Origin: Mantamonas sphyraenae STR306
Lineage: Eukaryota > Protista > CRuMs
NCBI GenBank assembly: GCA_026936335.1
Contig: JAPMXV010000052.1
Span: 1 to 64,000 of the forward strand
Direction: 5' to 3'
Length of the DNA: 64,000 nucleotides
Below are positions 1 to 10,934 of the stretch, piece by piece (the first letter of the stretch is position 1; every line of letters starts with the position of its first letter). Below the pieces are notes generated by a model, which ran no database searches, was not told where the DNA came from, and was given only the letters and a program-made list of their open reading frames with translations. The position numbers and the translations under genes are program-made.

Positions 1-165
1 CCTAACCCTAACCCTAACCTAACCCTAACCTAACCTAACCCTAACCCCCTAACCCTAACCCTAACCCTAACCCTAACCCTAACCCTAACCCTAACCCTAA
101 CCCTAACCCTAACCCTAACCCTAACCCTAACCCTACCCTAACTCTAACCCTAACCCTAACCCTAA
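1..165 (+). repeat. Telomeric repeat array (CCCTAA)n, i.e. TTAGGG on the minus strand; left chromosome end
   Basis: Tandem CCCTAA from base 1 with a few variant units (CCTAA, CCCCCTAA, CCCTA, CTCTAA). It ends abruptly at 165. Confidence 0.99.
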
Positions 166-437
166 TCTTCTTAATCAGAGTTTCTGTGATTGGATGAGTC
201 CGGTCTATGATGAGTGAGTTGTGCTTGTGACGGTTGGCGGGATGGCTGAGTTGGGTGGTGACATGGGGCAGTGGGCAATGGGTGGGAGTGGAAATGTCAC
301 TGGTGAGTGGCCGTCGCCCTGCAACGCCGCGCAGTCAGCACTGCCCGTCCGCCTTCAACTAAAGTATCACCAACACCCACAACTCCCTCCACCAGTCCAA
401 CACAATCCACATACACTCCAGTACCACCACCACCACC

Positions 438-3400
438 ATGGACAAAGACTACTCAAGCACTCCGAAGCGACAACACACTCCCAACACCTTCCCAGCGTGC
501 GTTGTGCCTTCCACTCCGTTTTCTGACTGCCCGCTTCTCCCGCTTCTTCGCCTCCTCCATGCCTCTGTCGCTTCCCTGCACTCCTCCCCGGCATCTCCAC
601 TTCCCCATCACCACCGCCGCTGCCTTCTCCGCTCTTCTCCGATCCCCTCTCCCCTGTCACTGCCCTCCCCGTTGCCAGTTTCCCGGTCTGCCAATCTCCT
701 CCGTTTTCCCTCTCTGCTCGTTCCAGCCTCCCTTCACCCCGCTTCTGCCCTGACGGCGTCCATTCCGCCTTCCGCTCACCGTACGCACTCCGCCCTGCCC
801 CTCCCCGTCTTCCCTCAGCTACGGGTACATGGTCCCTCCCATGGCTGCCCAGCCGTTTCCGAACATGCTGCCCGCCTCTGGCGTACAAAACCCGTACCAG
901 CACCCTCAGCCACCCATCATATGGGCCCCTGTCAACACCCACCCCCATCAGCGTCACGCATATGCTCATCAGAGCCACCCATACTACGCCTACCCTCCTC
1001 CGCCGCCTCCTCAGCCGCGACAAACCGCCCAGATGCACTTCGCTCAGACTCCGTTGCAGCCTCCGCCTGTTCAACCCACCACAAACCACAACCGCGTCCC
1101 CAAACGCATCAGCCCTGCTTTTGTCAGCATCACACGGACCACATCCACCACCACATCGTCGTCCTCCTCCCACCAGGCCACACGGCAGACTGGAGACAGT
1201 GACGACGACGACGCAGACCAAGACACACCCACACATGACACCGGCGACGTGGAGGACCTGATGTTCCTGAACTTTGGCCACCGTGCACCACGGTCAACCT
1301 CCAGCAACTCAGAGTGGACGAGCAGCTCAGAGATGGAGGCGTACGACGAAGACGGCGAGGCAAACGACGCAACCCAGCAGCACGTGGACGACGGGATGGA
1401 AGCTCAGGGCACACTCAGCTTTACATACACTGGTGATGCCATGGACAAGGAGTACATGCCGCAAGACGACAGCGACAACGACGCAGACGACATGGAGAAG
1501 GAGGACACGGACGAATGGCAGCCGAGACTCACAAGCAGAGGCCGCACACGACGACGCAGAAGCCACACCAGCCGACGTACTGGTCCACAAAAGATGAAAG
1601 GCAGCGGACAGCGCAGGCGCAAGGTCACGGCTGGCAGTGGCACTGAGACAGGAACGTCGAGCACACGGGCAAGGAATGCCAAGAACGGGGACAATGGCGC
1701 ACGGAAGAACACAGGCGTGAACAAGAAGATCAAGTTGCCAGGTGGTGTTGTGCGCAAAGGGTGGACAGCGAGAATCAGTAACGAGCGCAGCCACAGCAAC
1801 AAGAAGGAGCACACGGCCCTGCTGAACCACATGCACACCCTGGCCAACGAGCATCCCATCGACAACATTCCGGACCTAATGACCCTGCATGCGCGTGTTG
1901 TGGTCTGCCATGGCACCCTGAACACGCTCGTCCGACAGATTCAGCTCGCTTTGGGCATCATTCCCCTCTCCCAAGGCGACATGGCCCTCTGCCTCACCCT
2001 TCTCGGCCGTGACATGGATCAACATGCGTGCAGCCTTGCCATCCTCAACGCTGGTCTGGCCATGGGTGTGACTAAGGCTGGGTTGAAGGTGTGCTGGCTG
2101 GAGGAGCCACACGACCACGGTGACCTCAACTACGCCCTCCTCCACCTGCTCATGGCAGAGATAGATACCCTCGGCGACAGGTCCCATCCCACCAGCTGGA
2201 AGGAGCACAAGCAGACCCAGCTGTGGCTGCAGGAAGCACGACGCCCTGCTGACAACGACAGCGACCCACACTGGACACAATGCGACTACGACCGCCACCT
2301 CACCCCCAACAAGATGTACAAGTGGCACCCTGAGTCTGTGCGCAGTGGCTGGAGCAAAGCCAACCACGACGAGCGTGGCAGCTGCACGGCACGGGAGTTC
2401 CAGACGCTGCTGGCACACATGAAGGCACGCGCAGCCAAGCACCCTCTCCATCAGCACACACACGAGAACCATGCACTGCGTGAGCTGATCAACAACGGCA
2501 GCCTGCTGTCCCTGCTGCGACACATCATCCTGGCGCTGGGCAACGTTGGCGTGCCGCCTGTCGACCTGGCCTTCTTTGTCCGCCTCCTCAGGCCACGCCT
2601 CAACTATAAGCCGGTTCAAGTTGCCATCACCAATATCCTCACCCGCGGTGTCACCTCCCTCTCCCTCAAGATCGCCTTGCTCGACAACCCCAAACCCAGC
2701 GACGCCACACTGCACACCCTCCTCCACACCCTCATCGACCGCATCACACCCCACATCACCACCCGCCCCACCACCGTCGACGCCGTCAACGCCCTCGACA
2801 TCCCCGAGCTTATTCTGCCTGAAGCAACAGAGGAGGAGATGGTGGCCGTGGAGGATGGACTGCCAGATGGCGTTGTGCGCAGTGGCTGGACGTCCTGGCG
2901 CAAGAGCGAGCGCAGCCACAGCAACAAGAAGGAACACACGGCCCTGCTGAACCACATGCACACCCTGGCCAACGAGCATCCCATCGACAACATTCCAGAC
3001 CTAATGGCCTGCAGGCGCGTGTTGTGGTCTGCCATGGCACTTGAACACGCTCGTCCGACAGATTCAGCTCGCTTTGGGCATCATTCCCCTCTCCCAAGGC
3101 GACATGGCCCTCTGCCTCACCCTTCTCGGCCGAGACGTGGATCAAAACGCGTGCAGACATGCCATCTGTCACGCTGGTCTGGCCATGGGTGTGACAAAGG
3201 CTGGGTTGAAGGTGTGCTGGCTGGAGGAGCCACACGACCACGGTGACCTCAACTACGCCCTCCTCCACCTGCTCATGGCAGAGATGGACACTCTCGACGA
3301 CAGACCCCATCCCACCAGCTGGAAGCAGCACAAGCAGACCCAGCTGTGGCTGCAGAAAGCACGACGCCCTGCTTACGACGACAGCGACCCACACTGGACA

Positions 3401-4003
3401 CAATGCGACTACGACCACCACCTCACCACCACCAAGGTGGACAAGTGGCATCCTGAGTCTGTGCGCAGTGGCTGGAGCAGCGCCAACAGCGACGAGCGTG
3501 GCAGCTGCACGGCGCGGGAGTTCCAGACGCTGCTGGCACACATGAAGGCACGCGCAGCCCAGCACCCTCGCCATCAGCACACACACGAGCACCATGCACT
3601 GCGTGAGCTGATCAACAACGGCAGCAAGCTGTCCCTGGTGCGACACATCATCCTGGCGCTGGGCAACGTTGGCGTGCCGCCTGTCGACCTGGCCTTCTTC
3701 GTCCGCCTCCTCAGGCCACGCCTCACCTACCAGCAGGTGAAAAATGCCATCAGCGTCACTCTCACCCGCGGCGTCACCTCCCTCTCCCTCAAGATCGCCT
3801 GGCTCGACAACTCCCAACCCAGCGACGCCACACTGCACAGCCTCCTCCACACCCTCATCGACCGCATCACACCCCACATCACCACACGCCCCACCACCAT
3901 CGCACTCGTCAACGCCTACCCCATCCCCTCCTTCACCCTTCCCAAGCGCAAAGACCCTTCCTCCTCCACCACCTCCTCCTCCAAACGCCAACGCCTCGAA
4001 TGA
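438..4003 (+). CDS. Subtelomeric protein of unknown function. Pro/acidic/basic low-complexity N-terminus followed by a tandemly duplicated ~375-aa unit; second copy frameshifted in this sequence
   Basis: Exon 1 438-496 (ACCATGG context). Intron 497-818 (GTGCGT...CCTCAG) joins in frame to ORF 829-3246. Two single-base losses at ~3009 and ~3040, seen by aligning to copy 1, move the reading into ORF 3041-4003. Confidence 0.7.
1735..3942 (+). repeat. Direct tandem duplication, period 1125 nt (unit 1 from 1735, unit 2 from 2860)
   Basis: Long near-identical stretches, e.g. GAGCGCAGCCACAGCAACAAGAAGGA at 1783 and 2908. Confidence 0.95.
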
Positions 4004-4146
4004 ACCCTGAACCCTCCCCCTCCCCCCTCCCTCCTGCACACCCTCCTCTCGCTCCCTTTCATCTCATCCACGACGCCTTGTGTTGTACACAGCACGGTGC
4101 AGTGCACAGCCCGGGGGCCGGACCAACCCCACTCCTCCAACTCTCC

Positions 4147-4758
4147 ATGTCCACCAAGCGCGACTCCCCCGAGCCCACCACCGACACCTCAGACTCCACC
4201 ACCAACTCCTCCGAGTCGGACGCCAAGCGCCAGCGCATCATGCCCAGCGTAAGCGTCGCCGAACATCCCTCCCTCCCCAAATTTTGTGTCACTTTCTCCT
4301 CACTCCCCCTTCATCCCCCCCCCCCCACCCCGCCCCTTCCCCACTCCTCACCGCAGTCCATCGGCACGTTCTCCATCAGCCTGGCCGTCAAGGACCTCCA
4401 GGCATCCATCGCCTTCTACAACAAGCTCGGCTTCGTCGACAAGGGCTCCGGCGACCAAACGTCCTGGGCCGTCCTCACCAACGACGACGCCACCATTGGT
4501 CTCTTCCAAGGCATGTTTGAAAACAACATCCTCACCTTCAACCCGGGCTGGGACCGTGCAGCAAACACCCTCGAGTCCTTCACCGACGTCCGCGAAATCC
4601 AAGCTCTCCTCAAGTCCCAGGATGTTCCCCTCACCACCGAAACCGACCCCAAGGGCACCGGCATCGGCCACATTACCCTCACTGACCCCGACGGCAACAA
4701 CATCCTCATCGACCAACACTGCTCCGCCCCATCCTCCTCCTCCTCCACTTCCTCCTGA
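4147..4758 (+). CDS. VOC/glyoxalase-superfamily protein, bacterial type
   Basis: Motifs GTFSISLAVKDLQASIAFYNKLGF, IGLFQGMFENNILTFNPGWD and TDPDGNNILIDQH. Intron 4249-4356 (GTAAGC...CTCACCGCAG). Alternative in-frame ATGs at 4000 and 4240. Confidence 0.88.
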   Translation: MSTKRDSPEPTTDTSDSTTNSSESDAKRQRIMPSVSVAEHPSLPKFCVTFSSLPLHPPPPTPPLPHSSPQSIGTFSISLAVKDLQASIAFYNKLGFVDKGSGDQTSWAVLTNDDATIGLFQGMFENNILTFNPGWDRAANTLESFTDVREIQALLKSQDVPLTTETDPKGTGIGHITLTDPDGNNILIDQHCSAPSSSSSTSS

Positions 4759-4812
4759 TCAATCGTGTCCCATGAACCCAAGTCTCCTTCCATTCTCCTT
4801 CCTGATGCTCCC

Positions 4813-7800
4813 TCACCCCCGCCTCACCAACCCTCGCAGCTCTCCAACCCTCGCCTCCCAGCACTCGCCCCACCGTGCCACCTCCTCTTCCCACTTCCCC
4901 ACTTTGCTCTGCAGCGCCTCCACTTCCTGCCCGTGGTACTCCACAAACCGCTCCACCGTCTGTGCCCGCGCATGCAACACTGCTTCCTGCATCTTTGTGT
5001 CCAACCCCACCATCCCGGGCGTCTTTCTCCTTGCCCCACCAACCCCTTCCTCGCCAACCTTCTCCGCCACCTTTTCCTCCTCCGCCGCCTTTTCCTTTCG
5101 GCTCCGCTTGCCCTTCTTGCTGCTGCTCTTGCCCGAACCGCCACCTCCACTGCTTCCCTTTCCTGCTCCGCTTCCGCTCTCTCCCTCCAGCTCCCTGATC
5201 AGTGCCTCCACCTCTTCGTCGGCCACCTCCAGCGACATCCCACCAAAGTCCACCCCCTCAAACTCCCGCCGTGCCCATCCGTACTCCCGCTCCTCTTTGC
5301 CCTTGCCCTTGCCCTGCGCCTCTCGTGCACGTGCCTTGACAAGTTTCCGCAGACTCTGCCGTTTCTCGTCCACCACCACCACTCCTCCTTCCAGCTGCCG
5401 CGGTGTCACAAGCTGCCCCAGCAATCGCGTCAGCGCCCGTGTGCACTCCTCCACACGTCCCACCACTTGCAGACCCAGCTTGTTCTTCACCAACTGCACC
5501 AAACGTCCATGGCCCTCGATTTCCTCCCGTGCTCTCTCCATCCGCCTCTTCTCCGCCTCCCGCAGCGCCTCCAGCTCTCCGGCACGGTTAGGATGCGCCA
5601 GCTCAGACGTCAGCGCTTCCTCGTGCGCCACCCGCTCCGCCTCCAGCACACGCATGGCCTTTGCAAACTCTGCTGCCATCACACGCTCGCGCAGCTCTCC
5701 GTGGATCATCCCCTGAACCGCTTCCATGCTCATCACCACGCTCGGCACCGCCTGCATCACACGTGCAATCTCCACAACCTGCTTTCGAAACACATCGATC
5801 CACGCGTCCACGCAGCTTTGCGCTTCAACCTCCACTTCCTCCCGCGTCCCTGCAAACCGCTTCTCCAATGCCTCCTCATCCACAGGGATCGACTCCGTCC
5901 GTGTGATCTCACGCACCAGCGCCTCTCCAGCCTCCACATCTTTGTTCGCCTCTGCAATGCGCCGCCAGTACTCCTCCATGCTCTTCCGCATCCCGGCTTG
6001 GCTCCCCTCCACCATCCGTTTCACGTTCTCCATCAGCGTCGCTGCACCCGCTCGGCCCGTCGTTGCGACCTCTGCTCCACTCCCATGCTTCTTCTTGTTC
6101 TTTTTGCTCTTCTTTCCAGTTCCGCTTGTCTCAATGCTCCCAAGCGCCACTTCCTCATGCGCCACAAGCTCTTCTCCGCGCAAACACTCCAGATACTGCC
6201 CTCGTCCGAGCGTCTCGTGCACCAACGCCTGCACCCGTCCCAACACACGCCCCACTGCTTCATCGTCCTGTCGCCGGCCCGTCACCAACGCACGTGTCTC
6301 TTGCACCAGCTCCCGAAGCTCCTCGATGTGCTTCCCCAGTACACGCTCAGCCACCCCGCTGCTGTTCAGCTCTCCACGCACCTTGGCCCACAGCGCCTGT
6401 TCCTGCAGACGCAGGCTCTCCACCATCGCCACGTCTTCCCGGTGCTTCTGTACAATGCCCGTGAACCGCAGGCAAACTCCGCCTGCCGCCTTTCCATACT
6501 TGGCCGCCAGCGCCTCCGCCTCCGCCTCTCGCTTCGACCACTCCTCCCTTGCCTCTCGTTCACGCTCCTCGCACGCCGCCTTGCACTCGTTAAACTCCTC
6601 CAGCGTCATCGTCGATCCAACTCCCCCTTCCTCCTCCTCGACCCCGGCCCCAGACATCCCCATCTCCGACGCCCCGCCTCCAAACTCACTTCCTTCATCC
6701 AGCTCCTCCTCAATGATCTCTGCCAGCATGCTCAGTTCTCCGCTTGCCACGCTGTTTGCCCGCGATCCCTGCGACGCAAGCGAACGCGCCGCAACGCTTG
6801 TCCCGCGCTTCTTTCTCTTTCCCGCCTTCCTCTTGCCCGCTGCCACTGCCACCCGCTCGCTCTTTTCCATCTGCGCCCACGCCTCCCCTTCTTGCCCCTC
6901 CACCACATACCGCCGCACTGCCTCCTCTCCAAACCAGAAGCACGGGTTCTCCTCCTCCAGCATACCTTTGGGCAGCATCTCCACCTGTCCCCATCCCAAC
7001 AGCGTCCGCAAGAACCGCACATGCATCCGCTTCAGCCTTCCGTGCGCTCGTCGCGCGCTCGCACGCACCTGCCGCGTTCGCCCGTCCAGCACTCCCACAA
7101 ACTTGCTTTCCAGACGCATGCACTCTCGCTCCTTCACATCCAGCGTGTTCCGTCCATCACCTCTTTCAGCATCTCCACGAGCTGGTCGATCCGGCTTTCA
7201 AACTGCCCAAACAGCGCCTCCACGTCTGCAAGCCCTTCTCCAAACCCACTTGCAAGCGCAGCCTCCATCTTGCTCACCGTCGCCATGTGCCGCTCCACCT
7301 TGCTCTGCGTGTCCACAACATCCACCAGCCGCTTCTGGTACCGCTCCGTTTCCACCCGCCCTGCACGTGGCCTGTGTTCACGCAGCCTGTCTCCCAGTTC
7401 CCGCTTCAGGTCCTCCGCAACCTCCTCACAGTTTGCTTCCACCGTCTCCATGTGCTCACCCCGACGCACTTCTTCCTCAGACAAAAAGTCCAGACGCAAC
7501 GTGTTGTGCATGTATGCAAGGAACGCCCCGTCAATCTGGTCGCCCACAATGCATGCCTCGCCGTCCACGTCCACAGGGATCGCCCGTGCCTCTCGTTCCT
7601 CCTTTGCCCGTGCCTCTGCCTCCCGTTGCTTCCTCTCCGCCTCCTCCTGCTCACGCTCCTTCCGCTCCGCCTCTTCCCGCTCCCGTTCCTTCCGCCCCTT
7701 CTTTCGCCGCTTCCCGCTGCTGCTGCTGCTGCTGCCCTTGTTCTCCACCTCTTCAAAGCTCTCCTCCGCGCCCTCCGCCTCTTTTTCTCCCTCGTCCACC

Positions 7801-10079
7801 TCCTCATCTTCATCCTCGTCCTCCCGCAGCACAACGTAGTCAACTCCCCCTTGCGTACGCAGTTCCTCTTCCTTCTCATCCGCCAGCGGCACGCCATCCA
7901 CACGCACGTCCAGCTGTTCACGAGCCACGCGCATCAACTCTGCCTCACGCTCCTTCTCCGCTGCTTCCGCCGCACGCTGCGCTTTCCGGCTCTGCTTCTT
8001 CTTCTTCTCCTTCTCCTTCTTCCCGCTCTCTTCCTCTGCAGCTCGCTTCGCTTCCTCCGCCTCCACACGTGCTCGCTCCGCATCTCGCACCCCAACCACG
8101 CGCGCTTCAATCATGTCCTCCTTTCGCATCACACGCAGGTGCTCGCGCAACCCTGCTTCGTATCGCTCAAACTCCGCCTCCAGCTGTTCCGGCAACCGCC
8201 TGTTCAATTCCGACGCCTGCTCAAAATAGTCCCGATAATGGTCTTCGATCCGATCCAGCGCCCCCAGCGCGTCCTCGAATCTCTTCCGCACCGCACTCTC
8301 CTCGATCTCGTGCATCATCCGCTCCACAATCCCCTCCAGCCGCTCCTCCGTCTCCTCCAGCAGCTCGTCATTCATGTGCCTGTTCTGCCGCTGCATCCCC
8401 TGGTGCTGTCGGTGCACTTCGTCCACCCGTTCCAGGTGCTCGTCCCGAAGTGCCGCTGTTCCCACCGCAAATGCATACGTCTTTGCACACACCTTTCGTC
8501 CTTCTTCCACCTGCATGGCTAGGTGTTCTTCCACCCGCTCAAGTACACGCATTACCCGTCCCCGGTGCTCGCTGCAAAGCGGTCCAACCTCCCGTTCCAA
8601 CACAGCTTCCACCTCCTCCCGGCTTGTGTACCCACTCAGCATCATGTTTGTACGCGCCCCCTTCATCGCTCCCTCCAGTTCCTCTTGCAGACCCTCTTGC
8701 CGTGCCACCATCGCACCCACGCGGCCACGGTACTCCCTCTGCATCGCCTCCATCACCGCCTCCATCTCCTGCCACCATCCCTCCACCACCTCCCGCACAG
8801 GCGTCTTGACCCCAAAGATGCGTCGCAAGCACTGCAGACGTCGCTCTTGCCACTCTCCCTGCGCCGTTTTAAGTTCCTCCAGAGCCTCTCGCCGTTCTGC
8901 ATCTGCCGCCCGCGTCGCCGCCTCCACCTGCACCTTGCACGCCTGCAAGTGGTGCTCAAACGAAAACGCCCGCCACTTTGCAAACTGTTCCCGGTGCTTC
9001 TGGAATCGTCCCAGCTGCCGCTCCACGTCCGCCGCACGCAGCGACGCAATCAACGCCGCAAAGTACTTCCGGTTCTCCAGCAGCGCCATATTTGCGTAGT
9101 ACGCCTGCGTGTCCATCAACCGCTCGATCTCCCCCTCCACCAGGAATCCCACCTTGAGGCAGGCCTCTCCCAGCTCTTCGATCCGCTCTCGCACACGGCC
9201 CGCTTGCTTCTGCTCCACACGCCGCACTCGGCTCTCAAATTGCTTGTACAGCGCCTCCCGCACGGGCACCTGGCTCTCCACACTCTTCCACACCATTTCG
9301 ATTTGTTTCTCCGACAGCGCCCCGATCCGTTCGTCCCCAAGCTCGTCCATCAGCTTCTGCGTCTCCGTTTCGCTCTTTGCCAACCGCGCCTGAACAAGCC
9401 GCCCCAGCTCCTCATACTCTCCCTGTGCCTCTGCTGCCACCTCTTCCATCTCCTTGTGGAACATTTCCACCGCCTTTGCATGTCTGTGATCCCACATCGC
9501 CCCTGCGTCAGCCTCCATCGCCTCTTCTCCCCCTTGCAAATTGCGCGGCTAGCCGTTGCCAAATTCCCTACTCACCGTTCCTGCCGCCTTTCGTTCATCT
9601 CCTTCACCCTCGAATAACCTGTGCTGCTTTTTGTCCCTTCCACAACCTTGGGCAATCCTTTGCTCCCGCCCACCTCCTCAGCATGCGCCTCTTCCGCGTC
9701 TACCCGCGCCTGCATCTTGGCCCTGTGGTCATCAGCCTGCGTCAGCCACCCACAATCTCTCCCACGCACATCATCCCTGCCCAGTCTCGACCCTCCCCTC
9801 TCCCCTCCCCCTTCTTCTCTTTACCTCCTGTGTGACTGTGTCGTACGTGTCCATCCAGGCCGCTCGGCCACAGGGATGGTCGACGTGTACTTGTTCCCTT
9901 GCGTTCCCGTCTTCACCCGACCCGTCTGCTTCCCCTGCACCGTTCTCGGCCGATTCAAACTCTGCAACAGCGCCACTTCTGCGTGCGCCTTCTTGCTCAG
10001 CGGTGTCGTCGACATCCTCGGCCCGGAAAAAGTCCTTTTGCTCGCGCCCACGCAACTGTGTTCTTGATCCACCCACCAT
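4813..10079 (-). CDS. CCDC180: Coiled-coil domain-containing protein 180-like (ciliary; DUF4455 and DUF4456 regions)
   Basis: Exons 10079-9825, 9736-9576 and 9483-4813. Introns 9737-9824 and 9484-9575, both with a GCTGAC branch point. DUF4455-like segment KVGFLVEGEIERLMDTQAYYANMALLENRK. A one-base frame disruption at ~7150 joins ORFs 7134-9539 and 4813-7137. Confidence 0.75.
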
Positions 10080-10898
10080 GGCCAAACCTTCCAGCACCCC
10101 GTCCAAGAGCGCAAAGACCGCCCTCGTCCCCTGCTCCAACTTCCACCCCAAGCTCTCCTGCACCCAGAGCTCCATCAAGGGCATGCTTGCCGCCGCTCCC
10201 AAAGCCACCAAGCTCTACCTGCCCATCCACCTCATCCCCGTCCTCATTTTCAAGCGCCACAAGCTCACCAAGATGTACGTGTTGTCCACTGCCTCCCATG
10301 CCCTCCTCCCCATCCACCGTCCTCACACAGCCACACTCGCAGTCCGGGTCCCATCCTCTACCGCGTCTTTATCAACACCTTCAAGTCCACCCTCTTCCTC
10401 ACCCTCTACGGAGGCATCTTTACACGCACCATGTGTGCCCTCCGCAACGCACGCGGCAAGGACGACCCCATCAACCCCCTCGTACGTCAATTCGGAGCCT
10501 CCATCAACCCACACCTCCGATTTCCCCTCCCGACCCCTTTCCCATTTTCCACCGCAACCCGCCGTGCCGTCCCACCTCGCTGCTCCAACTCACACCCACC
10601 CACACCCGCTCATCCGTGCCCACCCCCCATCCAGATTGCTGGGTTCCTCTGTGCCCACTCCCTTCTCCTCGAGAAGAAGGAGCGCCGAACAGAGCTCATG
10701 CTCTACGTCCTCCCGCGTGTCACAGAGACCGTCTGGAACATGGCCGAAGACCGCAAGCTCGTTCGCTCCATCCCCTATGGCGAGACCGCCCTCTTTGTCC
10801 TCGCATGCTCCCTCCTCATGTACTTCTACCAGCACGAGCCCGAGGTCATCAAGAGCACCTACCTCGGCGGCATGACCCTCCTCATCGGCGACAACTGA
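10078..10898 (+). CDS. TMEM135: TMEM135/PXMP4-like membrane protein, half-size (~200 aa)
   Basis: Exons 10078-10274, 10343-10481 and 10635-10898. Motifs PCSNFHPKLSC...LYLPIHLIP and LLEKKERRTELMLYVLPR are typical of the TMEM135 repeat half. Confidence 0.75.
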
Positions 10899-10934
10899 AC
10901 AAACAAATACACACACACACACACACAATCCCCT

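Noticed and set aside
203-249. ATGATGA...CTGA resembling C/D snoRNA boxes
   Set aside because: The span is only ~47 nt, with no terminal stem or recognisable guide sequence.
438-4003. Telomere-associated retrotransposon or helicase
   Set aside because: No RT, endonuclease, integrase or Walker motifs, no terminal repeats or poly(A) tail, and the gene has an intron.
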